Assembly (NCBI GenBank): GCA_965216875.1
Contig: OZ244207.1
Location: 1,824,001 to 1,888,000, forward strand
From: Rubripirellula sp.
Lineage (GTDB): Bacteria; Planctomycetota; Planctomycetia; Pirellulales; Pirellulaceae
DNA: 64,000 nucleotides
Direction: 5' to 3'
The translations under genes and the position numbers were made by a program. Of the stretch, positions 20,101 through 27,707 are shown piece after piece. The notes under the pieces are model-generated. The model had not been told where the DNA came from. It worked only from the letters and a program-made list of their open reading frames with translations, and ran no database searches. Position 1 is the stretch's first letter. Each line of letters begins with the position of its first letter.

Positions 20101-22703
20101 TTCAAAAGGTAATCGACGCAACCCTTGGGGATCTCGTAGAAGAACAGCCATTCGATGATGTCGCTGAGGACACCTTCGTATCGCAATCGGGGAGCTGAAA
20201 CCTCGCCCAAGATGTTTCCGGCAAGCTTCTTGTTGGTTCCCTTGCGCATCCAGAAACGAATTTCTTCGCTTTCGTATCCATACATGTACTCGAGTGCAAC
20301 GGTAGCACGAAGTAGTTCCAGGCCATCCTTGTCTTTGAGCTTCGCCGGACGGCCCTTCTTCCATTTCTCCCAAATCTCGATGAGCGGGAACTTGTCCCGC
20401 TGAGGGCGGAGCGGCTTTTTCAAGTTCAGCGAAGGGAGGGAACTGTAAGCCTCGCCAAGCGGAACGTCTTTAATGCCGTCCCATGAACGGACGGTGACGA
20501 TCTCTTTGCGATGCTTATGAATCAGGTCGTCGAGGTCTTTCAAGCAGGCCAGCGAAGCTTTGGAGATTGCCGTGAACCGTTTCTGTGGCTCAGGCGTGAC
20601 CAAGGGCGAGCGAGCGTCATTGTCGAGGAAACCGAACCCATCATCAGCTGTATAGCGAGTGCGATCGGCGTCTTCGATTGACTTGAGTTGACGTTCTTCT
20701 TCTTTGGAGATGCGTTTGCGTTGGGCACGGTATTGCTCTGCGCGCGAGCGGCAAAACGCGCGGACGTCGTCGGGGCCGAGTTGTGTCGGTTGCGTTTTCT
20801 TCGTCTTCGTCTTCGTCTTCGTTTGCTTCTCTACCTTGATCGATTCTTCGGCAGCGGATTCGGCAAGTTGTCGTAGCATTTCGAGTCCGGCCAAACGTCG
20901 CTTCTTTTTGCCATCTTGCAACAGACGGTCGGCGCTCTCACAAACATGGTGCGATTCGCCTTGGCATAGAAGTTGGATCGCTTTAAGACGAAGGTCAGCG
21001 GACGTTCGACTCAAGTAAGCTTCGATCTGCTTCCTTTCGTCCACCGTTAATGTCGCTTTTACGAGACGGTCAAAGGCTGAATCTCGCACGGACGAAGAAG
21101 CGTGCCCGAAGAGATCGACCAAAGTCGATCGAGTGAGCGGATCCCAAGTCTTTTGCTGTGCCAAGTAGTCGATGACGCTCGAGATTTGCCAGGAATCGAA
21201 GTCCTTGAGGAATGGAATCAGTTTGGTTGGCTTCTGGTCGCCAATTTCCGCAAGCAAACAGGTTGCCACCATGCTTCGTTCGACCTTCCGCTCGGTCCAA
21301 GGCCAGACGATCGGTTTGAGGGTCGTCGATTTGACCGGCAGCCTCGCGTAAAGTCGTTCGAGCCGAGCAAAGGTCGTCGCATCGCTCGATTCGGAATCGT
21401 TCTCGGCGAACAATTGACAAAAGTCATCATGGACGGAGATGCCCGTGTTTTGGACCGCTGCGAGCATTGCGACTTGCAGGTTCTCGTCGTCGATTGCAAC
21501 CGAGCGTGCTTTCAGGCCTGTGTCGAGGCCAATCACCGTGAGTACCCAGGTGGCGACAAAGCGAATATCGTCAGAAGAGTGGTTGAGTAGCTTCGCCGCG
21601 ACAGGCACGGTGGCTGGGGCGTCTTCATAGGCCATCGCCCAAAGAGCGCGATAAACGGTTTCGGCATTGTCGCTAGCGAGCGCCTTCTTTCTGGCGGCTT
21701 GTGACTCGAGCAGGGCAAGGATCGATTCGACATTCTCGACCATTGTCTTGGTGCTCGCGGAATCCCAGAGCAATCCGAACCAAGTGTTGACGGCGCGGCA
21801 GACGCTGCTGAAACGCACAAGATTGTTTTCGAGTATCAGGCGCAGCAGGCGTCGAAAGGCTTCCGGATGCGACAGCGGTGCGCCTTCAAGGATCGATTGA
21901 CGCAAGCCTTCTTGGCGTTGTGCGGCAAGCAGCGTCTTTTCGATAAGCTCCCAGCCTTCCTTGCGGGAGGAGCCGAGCAGCCCTCCGATCACATGCGCAC
22001 CCATGATGCCAATTTCATGCTCACGGGTCGCCGATTGACGCAGGATTTCAAAAAGCTCGTCGCTCTGTTTCGATTTTGTGCTCAACACCGATGCAAACAG
22101 AGGGGCGACGCAATCGGTCGACCATGCAAACGCGTGAGGCGCCCACTGGGCCAACCAAGACAAGGTGACCACGCCCGGGTCAAATTCGGCGATGACCCGC
22201 GCAAAACTCGAAAGCCAGTCGATGCGGGTATCGAACGTGCCGTTTGCGTGCTTGGGGGCACGAAAGGGCCGCTGCGAGTAGCCGACTCGGTAGGGAGACG
22301 ACTTGAGATGTTGCCAGGTGTGTTCGACCTCTTTGGCAAGCTTGGGTGCAAAACATGCGAATATCTTCTTGCGGTTGGCCGCCGAGATGGTGTCCAGCTT
22401 GGCACGCGAGCGGACGAGTTTGGCGTTTTCCTTCTTCCAAAGCTCAGGATGATCCCATTGGTCTGGAATCTCTTTGCCTGAGGCGTCGAGTTCGAAGAGT
22501 GCAAAGATGATGGTGCGGAGCTCCTTGGGGAGCCGCTTGATCTTTGGCATAAAGACTTCCACATCCTCGTCGATGCATGACTCGTTATCGAGATTGTCGT
22601 CGTCTAGAAAAACATCATCGTCAAGTTGTTCGTCGCTGTTGTGTTTTCGCGAAGGGATGCGAAATTGATCAAGCTGTTTTTGCAGGAGCTCGTCGCGTGC
22701 CAT
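17121..22703 (-). CDS. Large DUF4132-type helical-repeat protein with C-terminal WGR domain
   Basis: 1860 aa; HEAT-like helices; QPFKQVFRELY and FSEVMRDIDLVVSVAH conserved blocks; terminal SKFWQI...WGRV...KLNKGY; GGAGA RBS before ATG 22703. Confidence 0.85.
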   Translation of the reverse strand: MARDELLQKQLDQFRIPSRKHNSDEQLDDDVFLDDDNLDNESCIDEDVEVFMPKIKRLPKELRTIIFALFELDASGKEIPDQWDHPELWKKENAKLVRSRAKLDTISAANRKKIFACFAPKLAKEVEHTWQHLKSSPYRVGYSQRPFRAPKHANGTFDTRIDWLSSFARVIAEFDPGVVTLSWLAQWAPHAFAWSTDCVAPLFASVLSTKSKQSDELFEILRQSATREHEIGIMGAHVIGGLLGSSRKEGWELIEKTLLAAQRQEGLRQSILEGAPLSHPEAFRRLLRLILENNLVRFSSVCRAVNTWFGLLWDSASTKTMVENVESILALLESQAARKKALASDNAETVYRALWAMAYEDAPATVPVAAKLLNHSSDDIRFVATWVLTVIGLDTGLKARSVAIDDENLQVAMLAAVQNTGISVHDDFCQLFAENDSESSDATTFARLERLYARLPVKSTTLKPIVWPWTERKVERSMVATCLLAEIGDQKPTKLIPFLKDFDSWQISSVIDYLAQQKTWDPLTRSTLVDLFGHASSSVRDSAFDRLVKATLTVDERKQIEAYLSRTSADLRLKAIQLLCQGESHHVCESADRLLQDGKKKRRLAGLEMLRQLAESAAEESIKVEKQTKTKTKTKKTQPTQLGPDDVRAFCRSRAEQYRAQRKRISKEEERQLKSIEDADRTRYTADDGFGFLDNDARSPLVTPEPQKRFTAISKASLACLKDLDDLIHKHRKEIVTVRSWDGIKDVPLGEAYSSLPSLNLKKPLRPQRDKFPLIEIWEKWKKGRPAKLKDKDGLELLRATVALEYMYGYESEEIRFWMRKGTNKKLAGNILGEVSAPRLRYEGVLSDIIEWLFFYEIPKGCVDYLLNGVENSYALVPSEWHEKLIPAPGASEDDYDDDENDWRHDEIFCLWSSTLTRFLRRTNIKTTKTQEKRIWQLRRFRDEPVPGAKRMRVDLTEIAQWHNKRLATFDDLTDVLLGQRPNRWGGDYHALATLTDPSAPKEYREIAEQTKGLSEWLDKVRQRVLEIELQRGEAKTVASDVALAFSSYHGVDMLMQIMAALGKHKFKVLRGWRSEARDNRAATLTQLIADTYPRESDTEAQFSKAVNAAIAAGYCDETRLLELAFLAPQWTKYVQAHLKWDGFDEGLYWFLAHMSNWDDSAREAAAEAEGLEDDPEYESYDDYDEFDDDFDDSSEDEPFKKPRPLSAWERLVVERTPLTERDRYEGAVDVAWFHRTWETLGSKRWQGLASAARFSANSTQAKKAQFLADVLLGNTDKKVLVDGIKKRNLKDHVRYLGLLPLAKGTRRSKDLVDRYEVLQAYKKYARGLSGLTKPEAFRALEVGMANLARLAGYRDPLRLEWAMEAESVKDLSKGPISMTKDGVTVTLSLDEAATPKLTVARGDRKLKSVPAATRKKHAAIRDLAARAKELRTKASRIKGSLEEAMCRGDSISGAELMQLMDHAILAPQLSRLVLIGEGILGYPDKRGRALRDFAGHLEPVKKTESLRIAHPHDLLRTKKWAKWQRECFQAERVQPFKQVFRELYVVTKQERTTTQSSRFAGQQINPRQAMALWNSRGWNTRDEVFKTFHDQTLNAEVGFQWNYGTAADVEGLTLETVQFRKRDEFKPTKLSSIPPILFSEVMRDIDLVVSVAHRGEVDPEASASTVEMRANLIAETIALMKIKNVKIKSSHALIDGQHSEYSIHLGSGSVHRIPGGALSILPVHAQHRGRLFLPFADDDPRTAEVLSKVLLLANDGEIQDPRILEQLALRKPSPLKTSKGTKSKSAKKSATRTQRYELTDDKASKFWQIQLVDCEITTTWGRVDSKGRSSTKTYETREKAEAAYEKLVKSKLNKGYVKK

Positions 22704-22732
22704 CAAGGTTCTCCGTCAATTGATGCTTTTCG

Positions 22733-23170
22733 TTATCCACCGGTCAGCATGGTCAGCCGAATGAAGGTGATTTGACTGTCGTCGGTTAAGAAAACTTGTG
22801 AATCCAAATCGGTTTGGCGTTGCTCGTCGATCACGACAAGGTAGATCCCATCCTCAAAAGCTTGCAGCGCTTGGTGTACGGCCTCATCGATGTCGACCTC
22901 TTGCGGGGAGATATCACTGCCGCCCATCGTGATTTTGCCAGTCTCCGCAGCCTGCTCGATTTCGAGGTTGGTCAGTGCGCGGACGAACTGTGCGTCTTGT
23001 TGGCGTTTCTTGAAGGCTTGGACTTGTTCGCGAACAATCCGTTCGATCAAATCTCGGAGCGTCAGCCCTCCGTCACCATCTCCGTCATCTTTGCTTTCCG
23101 GAGGGATCGGAATGGACCAGTCGGCAAACAATTTTTTGCGGCTGCCGAGTGACTTACCAGTGACAATCAT
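22733..23170 (-). CDS. Small partner protein with MoaD/ubiquitin-like C-terminal half ending in Gly-Gly
   Basis: 145 aa; TLRDLI helix; ends YLVVIDEQRQTDLDSQVFLTDDSQITFIRLTMLTGG-stop; 29 bp upstream of the large gene. Confidence 0.8.
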   Translation of the reverse strand: MIVTGKSLGSRKKLFADWSIPIPPESKDDGDGDGGLTLRDLIERIVREQVQAFKKRQQDAQFVRALTNLEIEQAAETGKITMGGSDISPQEVDIDEAVHQALQAFEDGIYLVVIDEQRQTDLDSQVFLTDDSQITFIRLTMLTGG

Positions 23171-23465
23171 GAAGCCTGCCAGACGCGATCGTGCCGAAGA
23201 GAGAACGAGTTGAGAAGGTAAAATACCAAACGCCGGCGCGCCGAACCAGCAATTCCGGCAGGCTCAAAAGTCACTGAACCCTTGTCTCATAATAGGTGTC
23301 CGAGACAAACAGGCTCGGTGGCGCCTGTTGGTTGGCGCTCCCTTTTCTGCCAATTGGGAGTTGAATCCGTTTCGTCGACTTCGTAGGAAACAAGCCAGTG
23401 TGTGATTCTATCCCCGCGCATCTGCATACTGTCCGGCGAAAACCTTACGCGATCACATCAGTCAC

Positions 23466-24326
23466 ATGCCGCAGAAAATTACAGTTCACGCTTATTCCAC
23501 CGCTCTGTTTTCGACGTGGGTCTTCATCGAGGAAATGGGGCTATTGTTCGACTGTGGTGATGGGTTTACCAGCTCGCTGTTGCAAAAATCACGCAAGGTT
23601 CAGCACGCGTTTATTTCGCACGCAGATCGTGATCATGTGACTGGGTTGATTCAATTCAATCAGTTGAACGGCCGCGATGGACTGTCGATCCATTACCCCA
23701 AAGATGCGGGATCGTTTCCGGCAATGGCAGGTTTCACGGAAAAGTTCGATCCCCATGTATCGGGAACAGCTTGGGCTCCGCTGGGCGATGGCGATCGGGT
23801 TGATTTGGGCAACGGACGAAGCGTTCGCACGATGAGGAACCGGCACGTTGCGGTCGAGCCGCCGACCATCAAGAGTCTGTCCTACGTTGTCGAACAACAA
23901 CGTCGGAAGCTCAAGCCGGAGCTCGCCAAGCTCGCAGGCCATCAGATCGCGCAGCTTCGAAAAGAACGCGATGAAGATGAGTTGTTTGATTTGAGCAGAG
24001 AGATCGAATTCATCTACTCGGGTGACACGCCCGTTGAAACGGATGGCCGCTATCAGAATGCGCGAATTCTGTTCCATGAAGCGACATTCATGAAACGTGA
24101 GGACGTGGAGAGCGACAACGTGAAACGCAACGGGCACAGCTCACTTGATGCTGTGATGGAAATGGTTGCCGATGCGAACGTCCAGCAGCTCGTTCTCGGG
24201 CACTTTTCATCACGTTATTCGATCGAGCAAATCGATGACGCGATTGCTCGAGAGAAGGCGCGATGCGGCATCAAGCATCCCGTGTACGTGATCTATCCTG
24301 GCCAAGTCGCAAAATTCGAAATCTAA
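23466..24326 (+). CDS. MBL-fold nuclease, Thermotoga-type RNase Z-like
   Basis: YSTALFSTW, LFDCGDG, SHADRDH, RKLKPE arm, YSGDT, HEATF, HSS, LGHFSSRY. Confidence 0.85.
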   Translation: MPQKITVHAYSTALFSTWVFIEEMGLLFDCGDGFTSSLLQKSRKVQHAFISHADRDHVTGLIQFNQLNGRDGLSIHYPKDAGSFPAMAGFTEKFDPHVSGTAWAPLGDGDRVDLGNGRSVRTMRNRHVAVEPPTIKSLSYVVEQQRRKLKPELAKLAGHQIAQLRKERDEDELFDLSREIEFIYSGDTPVETDGRYQNARILFHEATFMKREDVESDNVKRNGHSSLDAVMEMVADANVQQLVLGHFSSRYSIEQIDDAIAREKARCGIKHPVYVIYPGQVAKFEI

Positions 24327-24381
24327 CGCGGCTGGGCTTCAGCCCATGCGCGCGAGTCAAGCGAATTGCACGAAAGTTGTG

Positions 24382-27093
24382 CTAGCCGGTCGTTCGAAGT
24401 CCGGCAGCGATGCCCTGGATGGACAGACGCGCGAGGTCGATCAAGTCGGATTCGGGGTCGTCGCTTCGGAGCCGTCCGAGTAAGTGGATTTGGCAAAGGT
24501 TGAGTGGATCGACGTAAGGATTTCGTTCGGCGACGGAGGCACGCAACCAATTGATGTCGGCGAGCAACTCACGGGCTTCCTTGATCATCAGGATGGCTCC
24601 GCGGCTACGATCAAATTCTTCGCTGATCATCTTCCAAACTTCCATGCTCGATTCTTCGCTGACCAGCGTCGCGTAGGACCGAGCGATTTGCATGTCGGCT
24701 TTCGCCAAAGCCAGTTCCGCGTTGTCGATCATGGCGGTGAACATCGGCCAGCTCGCGTACATCGCACGGAGGACTTCCCAATTGGAATCGTTCTGGTCGA
24801 CGTAATCTCGCACTGCAGTGCCGAGACCAAACCAAGCGGGCAGCAGGTGACGCGACTGAGTCCACGCAAACGTCCAAGGGATTGCTCTCAGTTCGCTCAG
24901 AGCTCGGCGTTGTCCGCGCCGTGCTGGACGCGAGCCAATTGGCAGTGTTTCGATCTCGCTAATCGGTGTCGCGCGGTCAAAGTAATGAAGGAAGCCCTCG
25001 TGTTCGACCAAGCGGCGATAATGTCCGAATGATTGCTTTGAGAGCTGGTCCATCGCTTCGTCCCAGGTTGGGGCGTGCGAATCGTCACTCGCTTCGCTCA
25101 CAATCAACGTTGCGTTGATGATCTGTTCCAAATGGCGATGAGCGATCAATGGGTCGTCATACCGTTCCGACAGGACTTCGCCTTGCTCGGTGACGCGGAG
25201 TCGGCCGTCAACCGCCTTGTGTGGCAGCGACCGAATTGCGCGAGCTGCTGGTCCGCCGCCGCGACCCAGCGAACCGCCACGGCCATGAAAGACGGTGAGT
25301 CGAACATGATGTTGCTGGGCGACGTCGGCCAACTTGACTTGCGCTTGATGCAATTCCCAGCAAGCCGATAGGTAGCCGCCGTCTTTGGTGCTGTCGGAAT
25401 AACCGACCATCACCATCTGTTCCAAGCTGCTGTTGGCCGCAAGGTAATCTTGATAGGTCGGGTTTGCCAACAATGAATTCAGAATTGAGCTCGCACTGCG
25501 AAGGTCATCGATCGTTTCAAAGAGCGGAACGATCGGGATGAGCGGTGGTTTGGATTCGTCATTGGAATCGTTCGCGTTTTGCGCCCATGCTGTCTTCCAA
25601 AGCCACAGGACCGTCATCACGTCGATCGCGGAATGCGTCATGCTGATGATGTAACCGCCGACCGGAGCGCTGCCCCATGTCTTATGCTCTTCGGCAAGCA
25701 GCAAGAAGGTTTCATAGACTTCGCGGGAGGCGTCGGTCAACTTTGTGACGTCGATCGAACCGGGACGCTCGTTGCGGTTGAGTAGCGCCTCGAGGTCGCT
25801 GCCGTCGGTTTCGACACCTTGAAGCGCGAGCACTTCCAGCAGACATGTGCGGTGTGCTTCGGAGTTTTGTCGAATGTCGAGACAAGCGAAGTGGAATCCA
25901 AAGGTGTTGACCAAATCGATCCACGGTTGCAAATACTGGGCGTCGATCCGTTTTCCACGATTCTCTTGAACGCTGCGTTGCAACAGTTGCAGGTCGCCTT
26001 GAAATTCGTCGATGGAATCAAAGGCACCGTCGAGCTGCGTTGGGGTCTCAATGGACCCAAGGGTTCGCTCAAGGCGAAACTCGAGCGTTCTAATGAATCG
26101 ACGATAAGTTTCGGAGTGTGAAACCGGTGCCAGACGTTGTTCGAGTTCCGGCCAACGCTTGCAGAGGTCTTCAAGACGTTCTTTGATTTGCGGATCCGAC
26201 GGAACCTGTTGGTCCGAAACCACCATCTGGTTGTGTAGCATTCGGCATTCAGACAGGTGACCTTCGATTGCCGCACGCCGTAGACGCGCAAAGGTCTTTT
26301 TTGTGATTTCGGCAGTCACGAACGGATGCCCATCTCGGTCGCCACCGATCCAAGTTCCAAACGAAAGGAATGGCGGGATCTCGAAATGATGTTGCGGGTA
26401 GGCTCGCTGCAATGCCTCGCGCATTTCGCCGTAGACCTGAGGGACAACATCCCAAAGTGTCGCCGCGAAATAGACCCCTCGGCTCACCTCGCTCATCACA
26501 GGAGGTCGGTCAGGGCGAACCAAGTCGCTTTGCCAGAGCACGGTCAAACTTGCAAGCAGTTCGTTCTCTGCCTGGCGCTTGCCGTTGCTGATGTCGGCAA
26601 GCAACTGACGAATGCGGCGAAGCAGCTGCCGCGTTGTTCGGCGTTTCGCTTCGGACGGGTGGGCGGTAAAGACCGGTTCAATGACAAAGCGATCGAGGCG
26701 ACGTTGCATTTCCGATGCGGTCAAACCCTGTGATTGCAGCTCGGCGACGGCGGCTGCGATCGATTCACCTTTGGGGATTCCGTCGGCGATCGCTTGTTCG
26801 TGACGCCCGCGCAGGACGGCCACGCGGCGGCGCTCTTCCACAACGTTGGCCAGATCAAAAAACAGACTCAACCAGCGAATCACCGCCCGCATTTCCGCCG
26901 GCGTCAAACGCGTTAGTTCGTCCATCAACCGATCTTCAGCCTCAGGCAGTCCGGCGCGGCGTTCGATCGCCAAACGGCGAATGCGCTGCATGGTATCGGC
27001 GAGCGATTCGCCAACCTGTTCGCGGACCACAACGTCAAGCCGTTCGATGAGTCGATCCAAGCTCGTTTCGGATGGAAGGGTGTTGGAGGCCAA
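24382..27093 (-). CDS. ppc: Phosphoenolpyruvate carboxylase
   Basis: VFTAHPSE, WIGGDRDG, PLFETIDDL, VGYSDSTKDGG, FHGRGGSLGRGGGP, TEQGE, LRAIPW, IAAGLRTTG. Confidence 0.97.
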   Translation of the reverse strand: MASNTLPSETSLDRLIERLDVVVREQVGESLADTMQRIRRLAIERRAGLPEAEDRLMDELTRLTPAEMRAVIRWLSLFFDLANVVEERRRVAVLRGRHEQAIADGIPKGESIAAAVAELQSQGLTASEMQRRLDRFVIEPVFTAHPSEAKRRTTRQLLRRIRQLLADISNGKRQAENELLASLTVLWQSDLVRPDRPPVMSEVSRGVYFAATLWDVVPQVYGEMREALQRAYPQHHFEIPPFLSFGTWIGGDRDGHPFVTAEITKKTFARLRRAAIEGHLSECRMLHNQMVVSDQQVPSDPQIKERLEDLCKRWPELEQRLAPVSHSETYRRFIRTLEFRLERTLGSIETPTQLDGAFDSIDEFQGDLQLLQRSVQENRGKRIDAQYLQPWIDLVNTFGFHFACLDIRQNSEAHRTCLLEVLALQGVETDGSDLEALLNRNERPGSIDVTKLTDASREVYETFLLLAEEHKTWGSAPVGGYIISMTHSAIDVMTVLWLWKTAWAQNANDSNDESKPPLIPIVPLFETIDDLRSASSILNSLLANPTYQDYLAANSSLEQMVMVGYSDSTKDGGYLSACWELHQAQVKLADVAQQHHVRLTVFHGRGGSLGRGGGPAARAIRSLPHKAVDGRLRVTEQGEVLSERYDDPLIAHRHLEQIINATLIVSEASDDSHAPTWDEAMDQLSKQSFGHYRRLVEHEGFLHYFDRATPISEIETLPIGSRPARRGQRRALSELRAIPWTFAWTQSRHLLPAWFGLGTAVRDYVDQNDSNWEVLRAMYASWPMFTAMIDNAELALAKADMQIARSYATLVSEESSMEVWKMISEEFDRSRGAILMIKEARELLADINWLRASVAERNPYVDPLNLCQIHLLGRLRSDDPESDLIDLARLSIQGIAAGLRTTG

Positions 27094-27148
27094 GCGTGTG
27101 TACCTTTCGAATTTGCTTCGTGCTTGAGAATGCGCGCTGGTGACGCGA

Positions 27149-27481
27149 CTATTTGGGTTCCGCGATCAATTTCAGGAGATCGCCGATGTTGCGGTGCGAC
27201 TCGATAGGGTGACGCAGCGCAACCTTTTTGTGAATGCGGTAGCGATTTTGCCTACCGACACGCTCGCGTTCGATAAAGCCTTCCTCTTCCAGGTCCTGTA
27301 CGATCCGCTGGACAGCTCGCTCGGTAATGCCCACTTCGACGGCGACCTCACGCAAAACCCTGTCTGGGTGAGCATGCAACACGGCCAGAACGTGCGTGTG
27401 GTTGGTCATGAACGTCCAGCCATTTGCGGGCTTCACATTCGCTTCATCAACGGAACTTCGCTTGCGAGCTTGTTTCGTCAT
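27149..27481 (-). CDS. Winged-helix transcriptional regulator (WTF-x-TNH family)
   Basis: [47 protein letters not shown]; start moved to ATG 27481. Confidence 0.9.
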   Translation of the reverse strand: MTKQARKRSSVDEANVKPANGWTFMTNHTHVLAVLHAHPDRVLREVAVEVGITERAVQRIVQDLEEEGFIERERVGRQNRYRIHKKVALRHPIESHRNIGDLLKLIAEPK

Positions 27482-27597
27482 GGTTCGATTTGCCTGGAAA
27501 TGTGTCGGAAAAGGGGTCTCTTTTTGCGTGAAACGGGCCGGCTGCTTGACCTTTTGCGAAAGTGTAGCACTTTTGGTTAAATTTGCGACCCCGAAAA

Positions 27598-27643
27598 CGC
27601 GAAAAAGAATTGACGAAAACAATGTCGTGTAATATTGTTCGTG
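27598..27643 (+). promoter_or_regulatory. Putative promoter TTGACG-N17-TATTGT overlapped by four CG-rich boxes at 14-bp spacing
   Basis: CGCG 27598, GACG 27612, CGTG 27626, CGTG 27640, with AT-rich 10-bp spacers. Confidence 0.45.
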
Positions 27644-27707
27644 TGACGCCACGGTCTGCTTGAACGGAATTGGCAGCTTTTGTCGATGTTTTCAATGGAG
27701 AGATTCG

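Noticed and set aside
20797..20822. (TTCGTC)n microsatellite as a phase-variation switch
   Set aside because: The hexamer unit keeps the frame (KTKTKT linker) and there are only about 4 copies
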